DNA of 64,000 nucleotides from Escherichia coli (GTDB lineage Bacteria; Pseudomonadota; Gammaproteobacteria; Enterobacterales; Enterobacteriaceae): NCBI RefSeq assembly GCF_036507355.1, contig NZ_AP027877.1; one strand, 5' to 3'. Shown piece by piece: positions 17,430 to 28,189 of this stretch (position 1 is its first letter; each line of letters starts with the position of its first letter). The notes under the pieces were generated by a model. It saw only the letters and a program-made list of their open reading frames with translations, ran no database searches and was not told where the DNA came from. The position numbers and the translations under genes were made by a program.

Positions 17430-17984
17430 TTACTCTTCAGAATCTTCTTCCAGCTCGTCCCACATTGCACTAATGGCATCGCGGGTTAGCGGTGCCATGG
17501 TGCGCCAGAAAGGCGTGGTTGCATGGGCCTCCACTTTGCCAAGGAACGCACCACACCAGGGTAACAGATACTCACTGAACAGTGTTTCCAGTGCTTCGCT
17601 CTCATCTTCCGTTGACTGATCTTCCAGCCAGGAAGCCGCAAGCAGCAATGTGCCGATGTGATCGGCAGGCGTATCCGCTAATGGCATCCCTCGTTCAGAA
17701 AGAAAAGCGCGCACTTCCGCTTCCGTTGCGTCCTCAACCCATGCGCTACGATATGGCGGCACGGCACATTCATCGCCGATAAACAACGCATTGTAATCGG
17801 CAGAGACTTGCGTCATATCACAGCTTTTCTGCAAACGTGTCAGCAACTCATCCTGCTCCAGTGGCCAGTTCGCAGCCAGTTTCCCCTCACGAATCAGGGT
17901 AAACAGCGGCACCAGTAAAGGATCTTGTGGTTGGCGGTAATAGAGCGAACCCAGCACACGACAGAGGATAGAAAACTCGTTCAT
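17430..17984 (-). CDS. ycdY: TorD-family redox enzyme maturation chaperone YcdY
   Basis: 184-aa ORF, recognised. Confidence 0.85.
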   Translation of the reverse strand: MNEFSILCRVLGSLYYRQPQDPLLVPLFTLIREGKLAANWPLEQDELLTRLQKSCDMTQVSADYNALFIGDECAVPPYRSAWVEDATEAEVRAFLSERGMPLADTPADHIGTLLLAASWLEDQSTEDESEALETLFSEYLLPWCGAFLGKVEAHATTPFWRTMAPLTRDAISAMWDELEEDSEE

Positions 17985-18007
17985 TAATATATTTCCATTA
18001 CTAGTAA

Positions 18008-18745
18008 TTAAAGGTCTGCAAATTCCGCAATCGGTGCCATACCGCGAGATTCAAGGAAGTTCAGTAAGCGGCGCGGAGAAACATTCAAAATGCGCTCTGG
18101 CGGAAAATCTACCGCGTCGAGGATTTTAAGACACTCTTCAAATTCCCCCATGGTAAACGCGGTGTGAGAATCCGAGCCTAATGCCACCCAACCTCCAGCA
18201 TCACGTACCGCTGCGGCTACCGCACGACAGTTGTCTTCACTGCCCTTACGTGAGTGTAAAAATGAGGAATTATTGATTTCCAGCGCCACCTGATGTTTCG
18301 CGGCTGCTTCAGCAACGGCTTTAACATCTATTTCATATTTCGGATTTCCGGGATGGCTTATTATATGCACATTGCCGCTGGCGATAGTGGCGATCATCGC
18401 TTGTGTATTGGTCGCTTTGTCATGTGGTGCAAAAACCGGCTCATGAAAACCGGCAATAATCAGATCCAGCGAGTCAAACATTTTACCGCTGCAATCAATT
18501 TCACCATCAACATTTTTAATGTTAGCTTCGATGCCGCGCAGGATCCCTACCCCATCAACCACTCGCGGCCAGATACGCATGTTAATGAAGTGCCAGTGAT
18601 GCGGCGCATCTTCCATGTCCGGGCCATGATCGGTAATCGCAAAAAGTTTAATGCCCTTTTGTTTGGCCTGGGCAATGTAATCACTCAATGTGCTATATGC
18701 ATGTGTGCTGGCAACAGTATGCATATGAAGGTCGACGGGATACAT
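18008..18745 (-). CDS. ycdX: PHP-family zinc phosphatase YcdX
   Basis: 245-aa ORF with N-terminal [10 protein letters not shown] metal-binding motif. Confidence 0.9.
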
Positions 18746-18799
18746 AACTCTCTCCTCTATTCAATTCCCGCCAAGGATAGCAGGAATCCTGATGCTTTA

Positions 18800-19777
<978 letters not shown>

Positions 19778-19971
19778 TTATCGTTATGATCTACAAAGAC
19801 CACCAGCATAACAAATCCGTGGTCGGTGGCAAAAAAAGCAGATTTCGCTTATTAAAACTGCATATTGATTGAAGTTTGAATAAACGCGCGATTTTTTAAA
19901 AAAGTTTGTTGACCTCAGGTCATGATTTCCCTAAATTAGCGCCCGTTCCAGCAAGACAGGAACGACAATTT

Positions 19972-20059
19972 GGTGAGGTGTCCGAGTGGCTGAAGGAGCA
20001 CGCCTGGAAAGTGTGTATACGGCAACGTATCGGGGGTTCGAATCCCCCCCTCACCGCCA
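19972..20059 (+). tRNA. serX: tRNA-Ser (GGA anticodon), 88 nt with long variable arm
   Basis: GGTGAGGTGTCCGAGTGGCTGAAGGAGCACGCCTGGAAAGTGTGTATACGGCAACGTATCGGGGGTTCGAATCCCCCCCTCACCGCCA cloverleaf. Confidence 0.9.
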
Positions 20060-20069
20060 TATTTAAAGA

Positions 20070-20101
20070 AGAGCTCGTACGAAAGTACGGGCTTTTTTTT
20101 C
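20070..20101 (+). terminator. intrinsic terminator of serX (AGCTCGTAC-GAAA-GTACGGGCT + T8)
   Basis: GC-rich hairpin followed by 8 T, read directly. Confidence 0.7.
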
Positions 20102-20251
20102 GTATATTGCACACACCGGGTGCCCCCGCCCACGTCTGTTAGGGCGAGGGGAAATCGTGCACATCAACTGTCTGGTTACTCAGTCAACAATCAAAATGCG
20201 CAAGAGAGTACAGAACATATATGTATTATCTGGTCACTTCCTATCACTTCC

Positions 20252-21238
20252 TCACTTATTAAAATGCCCCCAACGGAAATACATGTCACATGCCATCATA
20301 AAATCGTTATGCCAGAGGAATCGACAATAGAAAAAATAGTAAATTAAGCACGGTACATAGCAGAGTAAAAAATAGGCTTCAAACCAAATCCGCCATTCCA
20401 CAAGCGTTGCCAATACCGACACCAGCGTAATCCACATCACTTCAATAACCAGCAATATGAATAACCGAAGCCAAAGCGGCTTGGCAAAAAAGGTCGACAA
20501 CACATTTTCACTGGAGAAAAAGAGATCGATTTCCTGCAAAAAAAGCCTGCCCAAAAAAGCGTACCGCCTGGAGAAGCGCAGAAAAAACAGATTAATCGCC
20601 AACACTACGCCACAAAGAATGAGCAATGCAATTATCGATTTAAACGTTAACCACTGCCCCTCTATCACAAAAGAATCACTGTTACGCAACGGGCTGATAG
20701 TAAGCAGGTTAACAACCGTTGAGATGCACACCGAAAGCAGCACATAGCGAGTCAGACTTCTATATTTTACTTTTTTCGCTACTGAAATAGCGACCTGCTT
20801 GACATAACTGGTGCGGATCATCCGAAACAGCAGAAAGATAACCAACGGCCCAAGTAACGAAATCAGGAACAGCGTATATAACGAGGGTAGAAGCTGGTAT
20901 AGCCCCCAACTCATTGCACTCAACATGATTAACGACAGAAATCCTGCCACCAGAGGTTGTGTAAGAAATAATTCTATTTTGTGGTTCTGCTTTTTCTTAA
21001 ACCACGAAAAATCGATATTCTTCGTGACGCATTTATAAGCCCAGTACGCCTTGAGATCAAAAATAAAATTATACAGCACCAGGGCCAGAATCCCACTAAC
21101 GACACCAATATCCTCTGATGGAAAAGTAAATCCTGCATTTTTCCAATAAAAGCCTATCAGAATAAGTCCAATAGCATAAATGTATATCAGACTTCGTTTA
21201 TCCTGAAAGCGAATAAAAGTTAAATAATCAGGAATCAT
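20252..21238 (-). CDS. ycdU: polytopic inner-membrane protein YcdU; last gene of the accessory operon
   Basis: 328-aa multi-TM ORF, AT-rich; start overlaps the upstream gene's stop by 4 nt. Confidence 0.85.
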   Translation of the reverse strand: MIPDYLTFIRFQDKRSLIYIYAIGLILIGFYWKNAGFTFPSEDIGVVSGILALVLYNFIFDLKAYWAYKCVTKNIDFSWFKKKQNHKIELFLTQPLVAGFLSLIMLSAMSWGLYQLLPSLYTLFLISLLGPLVIFLLFRMIRTSYVKQVAISVAKKVKYRSLTRYVLLSVCISTVVNLLTISPLRNSDSFVIEGQWLTFKSIIALLILCGVVLAINLFFLRFSRRYAFLGRLFLQEIDLFFSSENVLSTFFAKPLWLRLFILLVIEVMWITLVSVLATLVEWRIWFEAYFLLCYVPCLIYYFFYCRFLWHNDFMMACDMYFRWGHFNK

Positions 21239-22179
21239 TTGAATACCTTCGCATCACTAAATGCTTTACGACAATGCATAACTCGTTGCTGATCCACGCC
21301 AGCGAAATCATTTAACATATTCCCCAAATAGGGCTTATTACTTATTTCAAGGAAAGCTACCGAGGTTGGCATATTCAGAAATGTATCGAGAGATTCAGTC
21401 CATTTCACCGTATGAGTTAAGTGTAATGAGAGATTTTCTTTGATAATTGACGGAGCGACCTCGCTTTTTGCTGTTACGTTCATCAGAACCTGATGCTCTG
21501 GCGAAGCGATATCCAGTCCGGCAAGATAATCGCGCATTGCCTGAACGCCGTCTTCCATCAAACGCGTGTGCCAGGCACCGCTCACACCGAGTTTAACCGG
21601 TTCGTATCCAGCGGCCATCAGCAGCGTGGCAAATTCATTCAACGCAGCCTGCGTTCCCCCAATAACCTGCTGGCGCGGCGTGTTATCACAGCTAATATCC
21701 AGCGCAATGCCTGATTCCGTAATCATCGTCTGCAGTTGTTCGCGGTTGATGCCTTTAACCGCCAGCATTGCGCCTTTATTTCTCTGGCTTTCATCATGCA
21801 TCAGGCTGGCTCTGAAGTGAATCATGCCAAATAGCGTCTCAAGAGAAATAGCTCCAGCGGCGTAGAGCGCACTGTATTCACCAACGCTGTGTCCGCAGGA
21901 GCCCACAACCGTTAAATTCTCAAGACGCTCGCGGCACAGGGTATAGAGCGTTACATTAATTGCGGTCACCGCCAGTTGTTGTACCGTCGTTTGAATAAGG
22001 CGATTCATCGGCCCTTTCTGACACAGGCGACGCAGGTTCAGTCCGGAAATATCGCTGGCACAATCCCAGATATGTTTTGTACTGGCGTTGAGATCCCAAA
22101 GATCGCTGCCCATACCAATAACCGGATTACCCTGACCGGCAAAAAGCAGTACTGTCGGTTGTGAAGCATTATTCATCAT
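21235..22179 (-). CDS. ymdE: FabD-like malonyl-CoA:ACP transacylase-family acyltransferase (intact counterpart of the K-12 ymdE fragment)
   Basis: N-terminal [14 protein letters not shown] and active-site GHSVGE motifs; 314 aa. Confidence 0.8.
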   Translation of the reverse strand: MMNNASQPTVLLFAGQGNPVIGMGSDLWDLNASTKHIWDCASDISGLNLRRLCQKGPMNRLIQTTVQQLAVTAINVTLYTLCRERLENLTVVGSCGHSVGEYSALYAAGAISLETLFGMIHFRASLMHDESQRNKGAMLAVKGINREQLQTMITESGIALDISCDNTPRQQVIGGTQAALNEFATLLMAAGYEPVKLGVSGAWHTRLMEDGVQAMRDYLAGLDIASPEHQVLMNVTAKSEVAPSIIKENLSLHLTHTVKWTESLDTFLNMPTSVAFLEISNKPYLGNMLNDFAGVDQQRVMHCRKAFSDAKVFK

Positions 22180-22189
22180 CTCTTTATCC

Positions 22190-23578
22190 TTATAGATAGT
22201 ATTTAAAGCCCAAATAAAGGCCTAACGTGTCGCCAAAAAGCGCAAATTCAGAATACCGACTTCCCAGCGCGCTATAGCCACCGGCATAGGCTTCAAGCTG
22301 GTTACTGATAGCACTGAGCGGCGTGGAATAATGCAGGCCCAGCAACGTGCTGCCATCAATGAGATTGACCACCAGCGAAGGCTGCAGCGTCGACTCTCCC
22401 GACAGCGGCAGACTGACCCAGGCGTTCAGATAGTGCTTACCCTGCAGCATCCCCTGATTGGCGGTATTGCTGATTTCTGAAGCCATCAGGTATTTGTAAG
22501 AATCAAATGCCTGATCCAGTGGCGCATAGCCGGTTGTGGTATTGAGGAAGTCAATTAACTCGCGCTGCTGACGCTGTTCAGCGCGCGAATAACCCTCGCT
22601 CTGAAAGTAATACTCAACGCCAAACACGCTGAAATTATCACTGGTGTACTGCCCACCCAGCGCCAGCTCCACGCCGCTTTCATCTTTCGTTTCATAGAGC
22701 GAATCCGGAAACTGATATTCCTCGACCTGCGCCGTCTCACGGTGGGAAAGATGCCGCCATTGCTGGGAGCGGTGGTAGGCTGCGTCGACATTCAGCGTAA
22801 GCTGCGGGGTGTAGTGATAACTGTCAGACAGCGCGAGTGACGGCGATGGTCCGAGCCGCACATTGACTGTCGGCGTGTGCTCACCAAAGCGATGATCGCT
22901 GAAGCTCAGCAGATAGGCTTCGTCGCTGTTTCCCTGCTGATTAGCCGACCAGTTGCCAGACGTCACATAGCGTTTGTCGATGGTGGCTAACTTCGGTATG
23001 ACACTCGCCGAAAACGCATAATCGCGTGTATCCACGCTCATTTTTGCGCCCCACGATGACGCCTGATACGCCGATGTCATTTTGGGATCGTGCAAACGCG
23101 TCGACTGGAATCCGGTGTAATAATGCGTTTGCAAATCAGAAGGCGAACGCAAAAAGAACATTCCTGACGGCGCGGCAAATTTGCCTGCTTCAAATTGAAT
23201 GCTGTCCGAGGCACTATAGACCAGACTGAGGCGGTTAATTAACGCACGCGTGCGGCTATCATCCGTTTCGAATTTCCCTGCGGGTTTAAGCGCATATTCG
23301 TTTATTCCATACAGATTGAGCTTAAGGTCCAGCGTATTGTCGATTATCGAACAACCACTGTTGATGCCAATCCCCGCCTCCTGATAACCGTTGTGACGAG
23401 TGTAGGGATTTTTGCCTGCAATCTGCCAGGCCGAAGCCTGTTTATTGACATAAGACACCTGCTCGTAAAGCGTCACATCGCTGTTTTGTGCCACCTCGTC
23501 ACCTGACAGGCAATCCGCCTGTACCGTCAACGGCAGCGCAACACACAGCAACGAAGAGATCTTCAGCGTACGTTTCAT
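22190..23578 (-). CDS. putative outer-membrane beta-barrel protein
   Basis: 462 aa, signal peptide MKRTLKISSLLCVALPLTVQA, alternating amphipathic segments rich in Y/G/S; coupled to flanking genes. Confidence 0.6.
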   Translation of the reverse strand: MKRTLKISSLLCVALPLTVQADCLSGDEVAQNSDVTLYEQVSYVNKQASAWQIAGKNPYTRHNGYQEAGIGINSGCSIIDNTLDLKLNLYGINEYALKPAGKFETDDSRTRALINRLSLVYSASDSIQFEAGKFAAPSGMFFLRSPSDLQTHYYTGFQSTRLHDPKMTSAYQASSWGAKMSVDTRDYAFSASVIPKLATIDKRYVTSGNWSANQQGNSDEAYLLSFSDHRFGEHTPTVNVRLGPSPSLALSDSYHYTPQLTLNVDAAYHRSQQWRHLSHRETAQVEEYQFPDSLYETKDESGVELALGGQYTSDNFSVFGVEYYFQSEGYSRAEQRQQRELIDFLNTTTGYAPLDQAFDSYKYLMASEISNTANQGMLQGKHYLNAWVSLPLSGESTLQPSLVVNLIDGSTLLGLHYSTPLSAISNQLEAYAGGYSALGSRYSEFALFGDTLGLYLGFKYYL

Positions 23579-24242
23579 TTCGCACCTCGCTGAATATACT
23601 CTTTGGTGAAATGAAACTCCTGCAGCGATTCCAGACGAACATCGCTGTACTCCATCACTGAATAGTTATTGCCGTGACGGACGTCGGTAACGGTTATTTT
23701 CATGGGTCGCGTTTTCCCCAACACCGGCTGGAAATCCTGATACAACACTTCTTTTATTAACTGGTCATCCTGCGAGTAATAGGCTGCCTTCCACGGGCGA
23801 TTATCACCGTCTTTTTCAACGTAATAGATAACCTTCGGCCAGGTGATATCCGCCGATTTACGCACCAGCGCCAGCTTGTAACACTGCTTTTCAGCACACG
23901 TGACTTCCCCCACCAGGGTCGAGTCATAGGCATATTCAAAGTTAGTGACAATGACATCGCCGTTAGAGATTTGCCCAATTAATCTTTGTTGCCGTGAAAT
24001 AGGCATAGGACGTCGCAGTTCCGGCGTGTAAAACCATAAATCGTACCAGTCGGAAAGCATGATTTTTCCTTTATCTCGCGGCGGATAAATAAAACGCACC
24101 AGCGAGCGTGCATCCGCTTTTTCATTACCCTGCGGTTTCATAAAGCGCATGGAAATATCGAGGACCTGTTTATTCTCTGGCTGGGTTGTGCCCGCTTTAT
24201 ATTCCGTTACCGTCAGCGTGTAACGAAACGGTTTATTCGGCG
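23575..24242 (-). pseudogene. LolA-like periplasmic protein gene, C-terminal part, split by IS1
   Basis: Frame stays open upstream of the annotated Met to the IS1 junction and continues in frame across the IS1 once one target-site-duplication copy is removed. Confidence 0.65.
24234..24242. repeat. IS1 target-site duplication, left copy (TATTCGGCG)
   Basis: 9-bp direct repeat identical to 25011..25019. Confidence 0.85.
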
Positions 24243-24297
24243 GGTGATGCTGCCAACTTACTGATTTAGTGTATGATGGTGTTTTTGAGGTGCTCCA

Positions 24298-24573
24298 GTG
24301 GCTTCTGTTTCTATCAGCTGTCCCTCCTGTTCAGCTACTGACGGGGTGGTGCGTAACGGCAAAAGCACCGCCGGACATCAGCGCTATCTCTGCTCTCACT
24401 GTCGTAAAACATGGCAACTGCAGTTCACTTACACCGCTTCTCAACCCGGTACGCACCAGAAAATCATTGATATGGCCATGAATGGCGTTGGATGCCGGGC
24501 AACAGCCCGCATTATGGGCGTTGGCCTCAACACGATTTTACGTCACTTAAAAAACTCAGGCCGCAGTCGGTAA
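24298..24573 (+). CDS. insA: IS1 InsA
   Basis: 91-aa zinc-finger protein [23 protein letters not shown]. Confidence 0.95.
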
Positions 24574-24995
24574 CCTCGCGCATACAGCCGGGCAGTGACG
24601 TCATCGTCTGCGCGGAAATGGACGAACAGTGGGGCTATGTCGGGGCTAAATCGCGCCAGCGCTGGCTGTTTTACGCGTATGACAGGCTCCGGAAGACGGT
24701 TGTTGCGCACGTATTCGGTGAACGCACGATGGCGACGCTGGGGCGTCTTATGAGCCTGCTGTCACCCTTTGACGTGGTGATATGGATGACGGATGGCTGG
24801 CCGCTGTATGAATCCCGCCTGAAGGGAAAGCTGCACGTAATCAGCAAGCGATATACGCAGCGAATTGAGCGGCATAACCTGAATCTGAGGCAGCACCTGG
24901 CACGGCTGGGACGGAAGTCGCTGTCGTTCTCAAAATCGGTGGAGCTGCATGACAAAGTCATCGGGCATTATCTGAACATAAAACACTATCAATAA
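24492..24995 (+). CDS. insB: IS1 InsB (expressed as InsAB' transposase by -1 frameshift)
   Basis: 167-aa ORF overlapping insA. Confidence 0.9.
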
Positions 24996-25010
24996 GTTGG
25001 AGTCATTACC

Positions 25011-25019
25011 TATTCGGCG
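25011..25019. repeat. IS1 target-site duplication, right copy (TATTCGGCG)
   Basis: Identical to 24234..24242. Confidence 0.85.
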
Positions 25020-25140
25020 AACGAATTTCGTCAGCGCGACGAATTATCTCCAGCGCCTTATCATCTGTGCTCGCCGCCTGAACGCACGACGTAGCGAGCC
25101 ACAGGCAAGCAAACCACTTGCCGTAAAAAGCCATATTCAT
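25011..25140 (-). pseudogene. LolA-like protein gene, N-terminal part (signal peptide MNMAFYGKWFACLWLATSCVQAAS...)
   Basis: Reverse-strand translation from ATG 25140..25138 gives a signal peptide and joins in frame with 24242 downward. Confidence 0.6.
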
Positions 25141-25148
25141 AATTAGCC

Positions 25149-26459
25149 CTATGAGAATTTAAATGCGTCAGAAATATTCAGCCGGGAAGCACGTAAAGCC
25201 GGTAACACAGAGGCGCCTGTTGCTGTCAAAATGGGTAATACCACCGTCACCCAAATCAATTCCGGGTTACTGGTTTTTATAAAGGCGGTATAGCCGATGG
25301 TTTGTCCCGGCGATGGCGGCATCGCAATACCATAAAGATTAATAATCCAGGCTAGCGCGCCCCCCACCAGCAGGCTACCGACTGCGCCAATCACACCAAT
25401 AAAAATGCCTTCCGTCAGAAACAAGCGCGTGACGTGAAGCGGCTTCAGGCCTATGGCACGCAGAGTGGTAATTTCACGGGTGCGTTCAACAATGTTCATT
25501 GCCATCGAATTGCTGATCATGAAGATGACAATCAACGCAACAATCAGCTTGATGAAGAAATAGATCCCCGACAGTAACCCCTCAACCTGTTGATAAAAGA
25601 GTGAAACATCACGCCAGTCTTTGACCACCAGCGGCAAATGATTGCGTTCAATAAACTGACGCAGCTTCGCGCTAAACGCCGCGGTGTCATCCTCTTTAAG
25701 CAGGATAAGCACTTTGCTGACGCCATCCGTACCCATCATGCGCTGCGCGGTGTCCAGCGGGATCTTCATCGCGACATCGTCATAATCTTTAATGCCTGAC
25801 TCAAAAATGCCACGCAGTTTTAGCGACAATGCGCCCTGCCCGCCCGCCGTGTTGACGACCATCACATCCAGCCAGTCGTCATATTTCGCATTCAACGTTT
25901 TCGCCAGACCGCTGCCCAGGGTGATTTCATCACCTTTTACCCGGGAAAGATCGCTCCCCGCGATAATCTTATCGAACGAACCCAGCTTTAAAGCGGGCAA
26001 TGGCTCGACACCCAGCGCAGAGAAATAGCTGGAGGTTTCGCTCTCGTAATGTGAAATTACGCCAGTAAACTCCAGTTGCCCGGAGAGCGTGGAAATATCC
26101 GCCGCCAGCGTCGGGTCCGACAAAATAGCTTTCTTTAACGCCGCATAATCGGCAATCAGGCTCTTATTTTTATTCGACGTTTCAAAATAGTGCTGATTGT
26201 AAATTTGTACATGACCAATATTGGTACGAATCGTCTGCTCTTTCAGGATCCAGAAAGAGTAATCAATAAATCCGCCATATAAAAAAATTGCCACGCCACC
26301 CAATACAATGGCGGTTATAGTAGAAAAAGAGCGACGCTTGTGGCGAAAGAGATTCAAAAATGCAAATTTGACATCTCGTGAATAAAACAGAAGCTGATAA
26401 AACACAAAAAACAGAATCAGCAGCAGAACGCTATTAACAGCTAAAATTTCCCCGGACAT
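25149..26459 (-). CDS. ABC transporter permease, FtsX/MacB/LolE-like
   Basis: 436 aa: N-terminal TM, large periplasmic domain, three C-terminal TM helices, TREITTLRAIGLKP motif. Confidence 0.75.
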   Translation of the reverse strand: MSGEILAVNSVLLLILFFVFYQLLFYSRDVKFAFLNLFRHKRRSFSTITAIVLGGVAIFLYGGFIDYSFWILKEQTIRTNIGHVQIYNQHYFETSNKNKSLIADYAALKKAILSDPTLAADISTLSGQLEFTGVISHYESETSSYFSALGVEPLPALKLGSFDKIIAGSDLSRVKGDEITLGSGLAKTLNAKYDDWLDVMVVNTAGGQGALSLKLRGIFESGIKDYDDVAMKIPLDTAQRMMGTDGVSKVLILLKEDDTAAFSAKLRQFIERNHLPLVVKDWRDVSLFYQQVEGLLSGIYFFIKLIVALIVIFMISNSMAMNIVERTREITTLRAIGLKPLHVTRLFLTEGIFIGVIGAVGSLLVGGALAWIINLYGIAMPPSPGQTIGYTAFIKTSNPELIWVTVVLPILTATGASVLPALRASRLNISDAFKFS

Positions 26460-27116
26460 TTACTCACCTTTCATCAGCGGCAGCAGTACCTGGGTTAACT
26501 CTTCACTATCCCATTCTGGTACAACATTAAAATCCTGCGTCAGCGACTGCGCAAGCGCGGCGTTTTGCCCTTTAATTTGCGCCAACAATGTATTCGCGCG
26601 GGTGGTGTCCTTGCAGTGACGTAAGGCGCGATAACGCATAGCCAGAATATGGTCGCGGATCGTTGTCGTCCATATCGCCGGGTCAGCCAGCATGTGTTCG
26701 GTGTCTTTGACTGTCACCACGCAACGCCCTGAGTCTGCGGGTAAATAGGCATCTACGCGGGCGCGTAAATACCGTACGCGTTGATTTTTCTCCTGCAAAT
26801 CCACCGCTTCATCCAGCCAGAAAAAGCCGCTTTTGGCGTATTCTGAGGCATGGATAAAATCGTTTGTTGCCGCATAACCGTCCGCCTGACGCAGTAAGCC
26901 ATAGGCGTAAAAAACCAGCGCCACCACATTGTGCCTGGCTTCATACTCTTTCTTTAACGCCTCGGTCAGCGTCGCCAGCGCAGCAGGCTGCGCCGGGAGC
27001 CCCTGTTGCAGAACCTGGTTAACGGCGTCGGGTGTTGCCGCGTAAATCTTCGGAGCCACAAACGCCGCGTACAAAAAGACGCCGATGAGCAAAAATCCTT
27101 TATGCATCTGAGTCAT
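26460..27116 (-). CDS. secreted/periplasmic protein of unknown function
   Basis: 218 aa with signal peptide MTQMHKGFLLIGVFLYAAFVAPKIYA; coupled between ATPase and permease genes. Confidence 0.6.
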   Translation of the reverse strand: MTQMHKGFLLIGVFLYAAFVAPKIYAATPDAVNQVLQQGLPAQPAALATLTEALKKEYEARHNVVALVFYAYGLLRQADGYAATNDFIHASEYAKSGFFWLDEAVDLQEKNQRVRYLRARVDAYLPADSGRCVVTVKDTEHMLADPAIWTTTIRDHILAMRYRALRHCKDTTRANTLLAQIKGQNAALAQSLTQDFNVVPEWDSEELTQVLLPLMKGE

Positions 27117-27426
27117 GAATCAATACTCCATCCTGAATTTCAACCACTCGCCGTGCCCGCGCTTTTAATTCGCTGGAGTGCGTGGAAATAACAAATGTGG
27201 TGCCGGTCTGCTGATTAATCGTCAACAACAGGTCCAAAATAGCCTCGCCGGTTGCCAGGTCTAAATTTCCCGTCGGTTCATCGGCAATGACCACCATCGG
27301 TTCGTGGGCCAGTGCCCTGGCGATGGCGACACGCTGTTGTTGACCGCCCGATAATTGTCCAGGTTTACGATCGCCAAAACCGCTTAATCCGACGCTATCG
27401 AGATAATGCAGCGTCCGTTCAGTGGC
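27100..27426 (-). pseudogene. ABC transporter ATP-binding protein, N-terminally truncated by IS1
   Basis: In-frame translation up to the IS1 junction gives ...LSGGQQQRVAIARALAHEPMVVIADEPTGNLD... (signature and Walker B); Walker A absent. Confidence 0.75.
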
Positions 27427-27441
27427 GGTAATGACTCCAAC

Positions 27442-27945
27442 TTATTGATAGTGTTTTATGTTCAGATAATGCCCGATGACTTTGTCATGCAGCTCCACCG
27501 ATTTTGAGAACGACAGCGACTTCCGTCCCAGCCGTGCCAGGTGCTGCCTCAGATTCAGGTTATGCCGCTCAATTCGCTGCGTATATCGCTTGCTGATTAC
27601 GTGCAGCTTTCCCTTCAGGCGGGATTCATACAGCGGCCAGCCATCCGTCATCCATATCACCACGTCAAAGGGTGACAGCAGGCTCATAAGACGCCCCAGC
27701 GTCGCCATAGTGCGTTCACCGAATACGTGCGCAACAACCGTCTTCCGGAGCCTGTCATACGCGTAAAACAGCCAGCGCTGGCGCGATTTAGCCCCGACAT
27801 AGCCCCACTGTTCGTCCATTTCCGCGCAGACGATGACGTCACTGCCCGGCTGTATGCGCGAGGTTACCGACTGCGGCCTGAGTTTTTTAAGTGACGTAAA
27901 ATCGTGTTGAGGCCAACGCCCATAATGCGGGCTGTTGCCCGGCAT
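27442..27945 (-). CDS. insB: IS1 InsB
   Basis: Identical to the copy 1 InsB. Confidence 0.9.
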
Positions 27946-28139
27946 CCAACGCCATTCATGGCCATATCAATGATTTTCTGGTGCGTACCGGGTTGAGAAG
28001 CGGTGTAAGTGAACTGCAGTTGCCATGTTTTACGACAGTGAGAGCAGAGATAGCGCTGATGTCCGGCGGTGCTTTTGCCGTTACGCACCACCCCGTCAGT
28101 AGCTGAACAGGAGGGACAGCTGATAGAAACAGAAGCCAC
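27864..28139 (-). CDS. insA: IS1 InsA
   Basis: Identical to the copy 1 InsA. Confidence 0.95.
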
Positions 28140-28189
28140 TGGAGCACCTCAAAAACACCATCATACACTAAATCAGTAAGTTGGCAGCA

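Larger units (their letters stand above)
24243..25010 (+). mobile_element. IS1 insertion sequence, 768 bp, complete, copy 1
   Basis: Terminal inverted repeats GGTGATGCTGCCAACTTACTGAT...ATCAATAAGTTGGAGTCATTACC; insA and insB ORFs. Confidence 0.95.

Noticed and set aside
25011-27426. Inversion of the segment between the two inverted IS1 copies
   Set aside because: Genes inside the segment are on the same strand and in the same coupled order as the outside operon genes, and the LolA-like gene rejoins across IS1 copy 1 without inversion, so the segment is in its original orientation.
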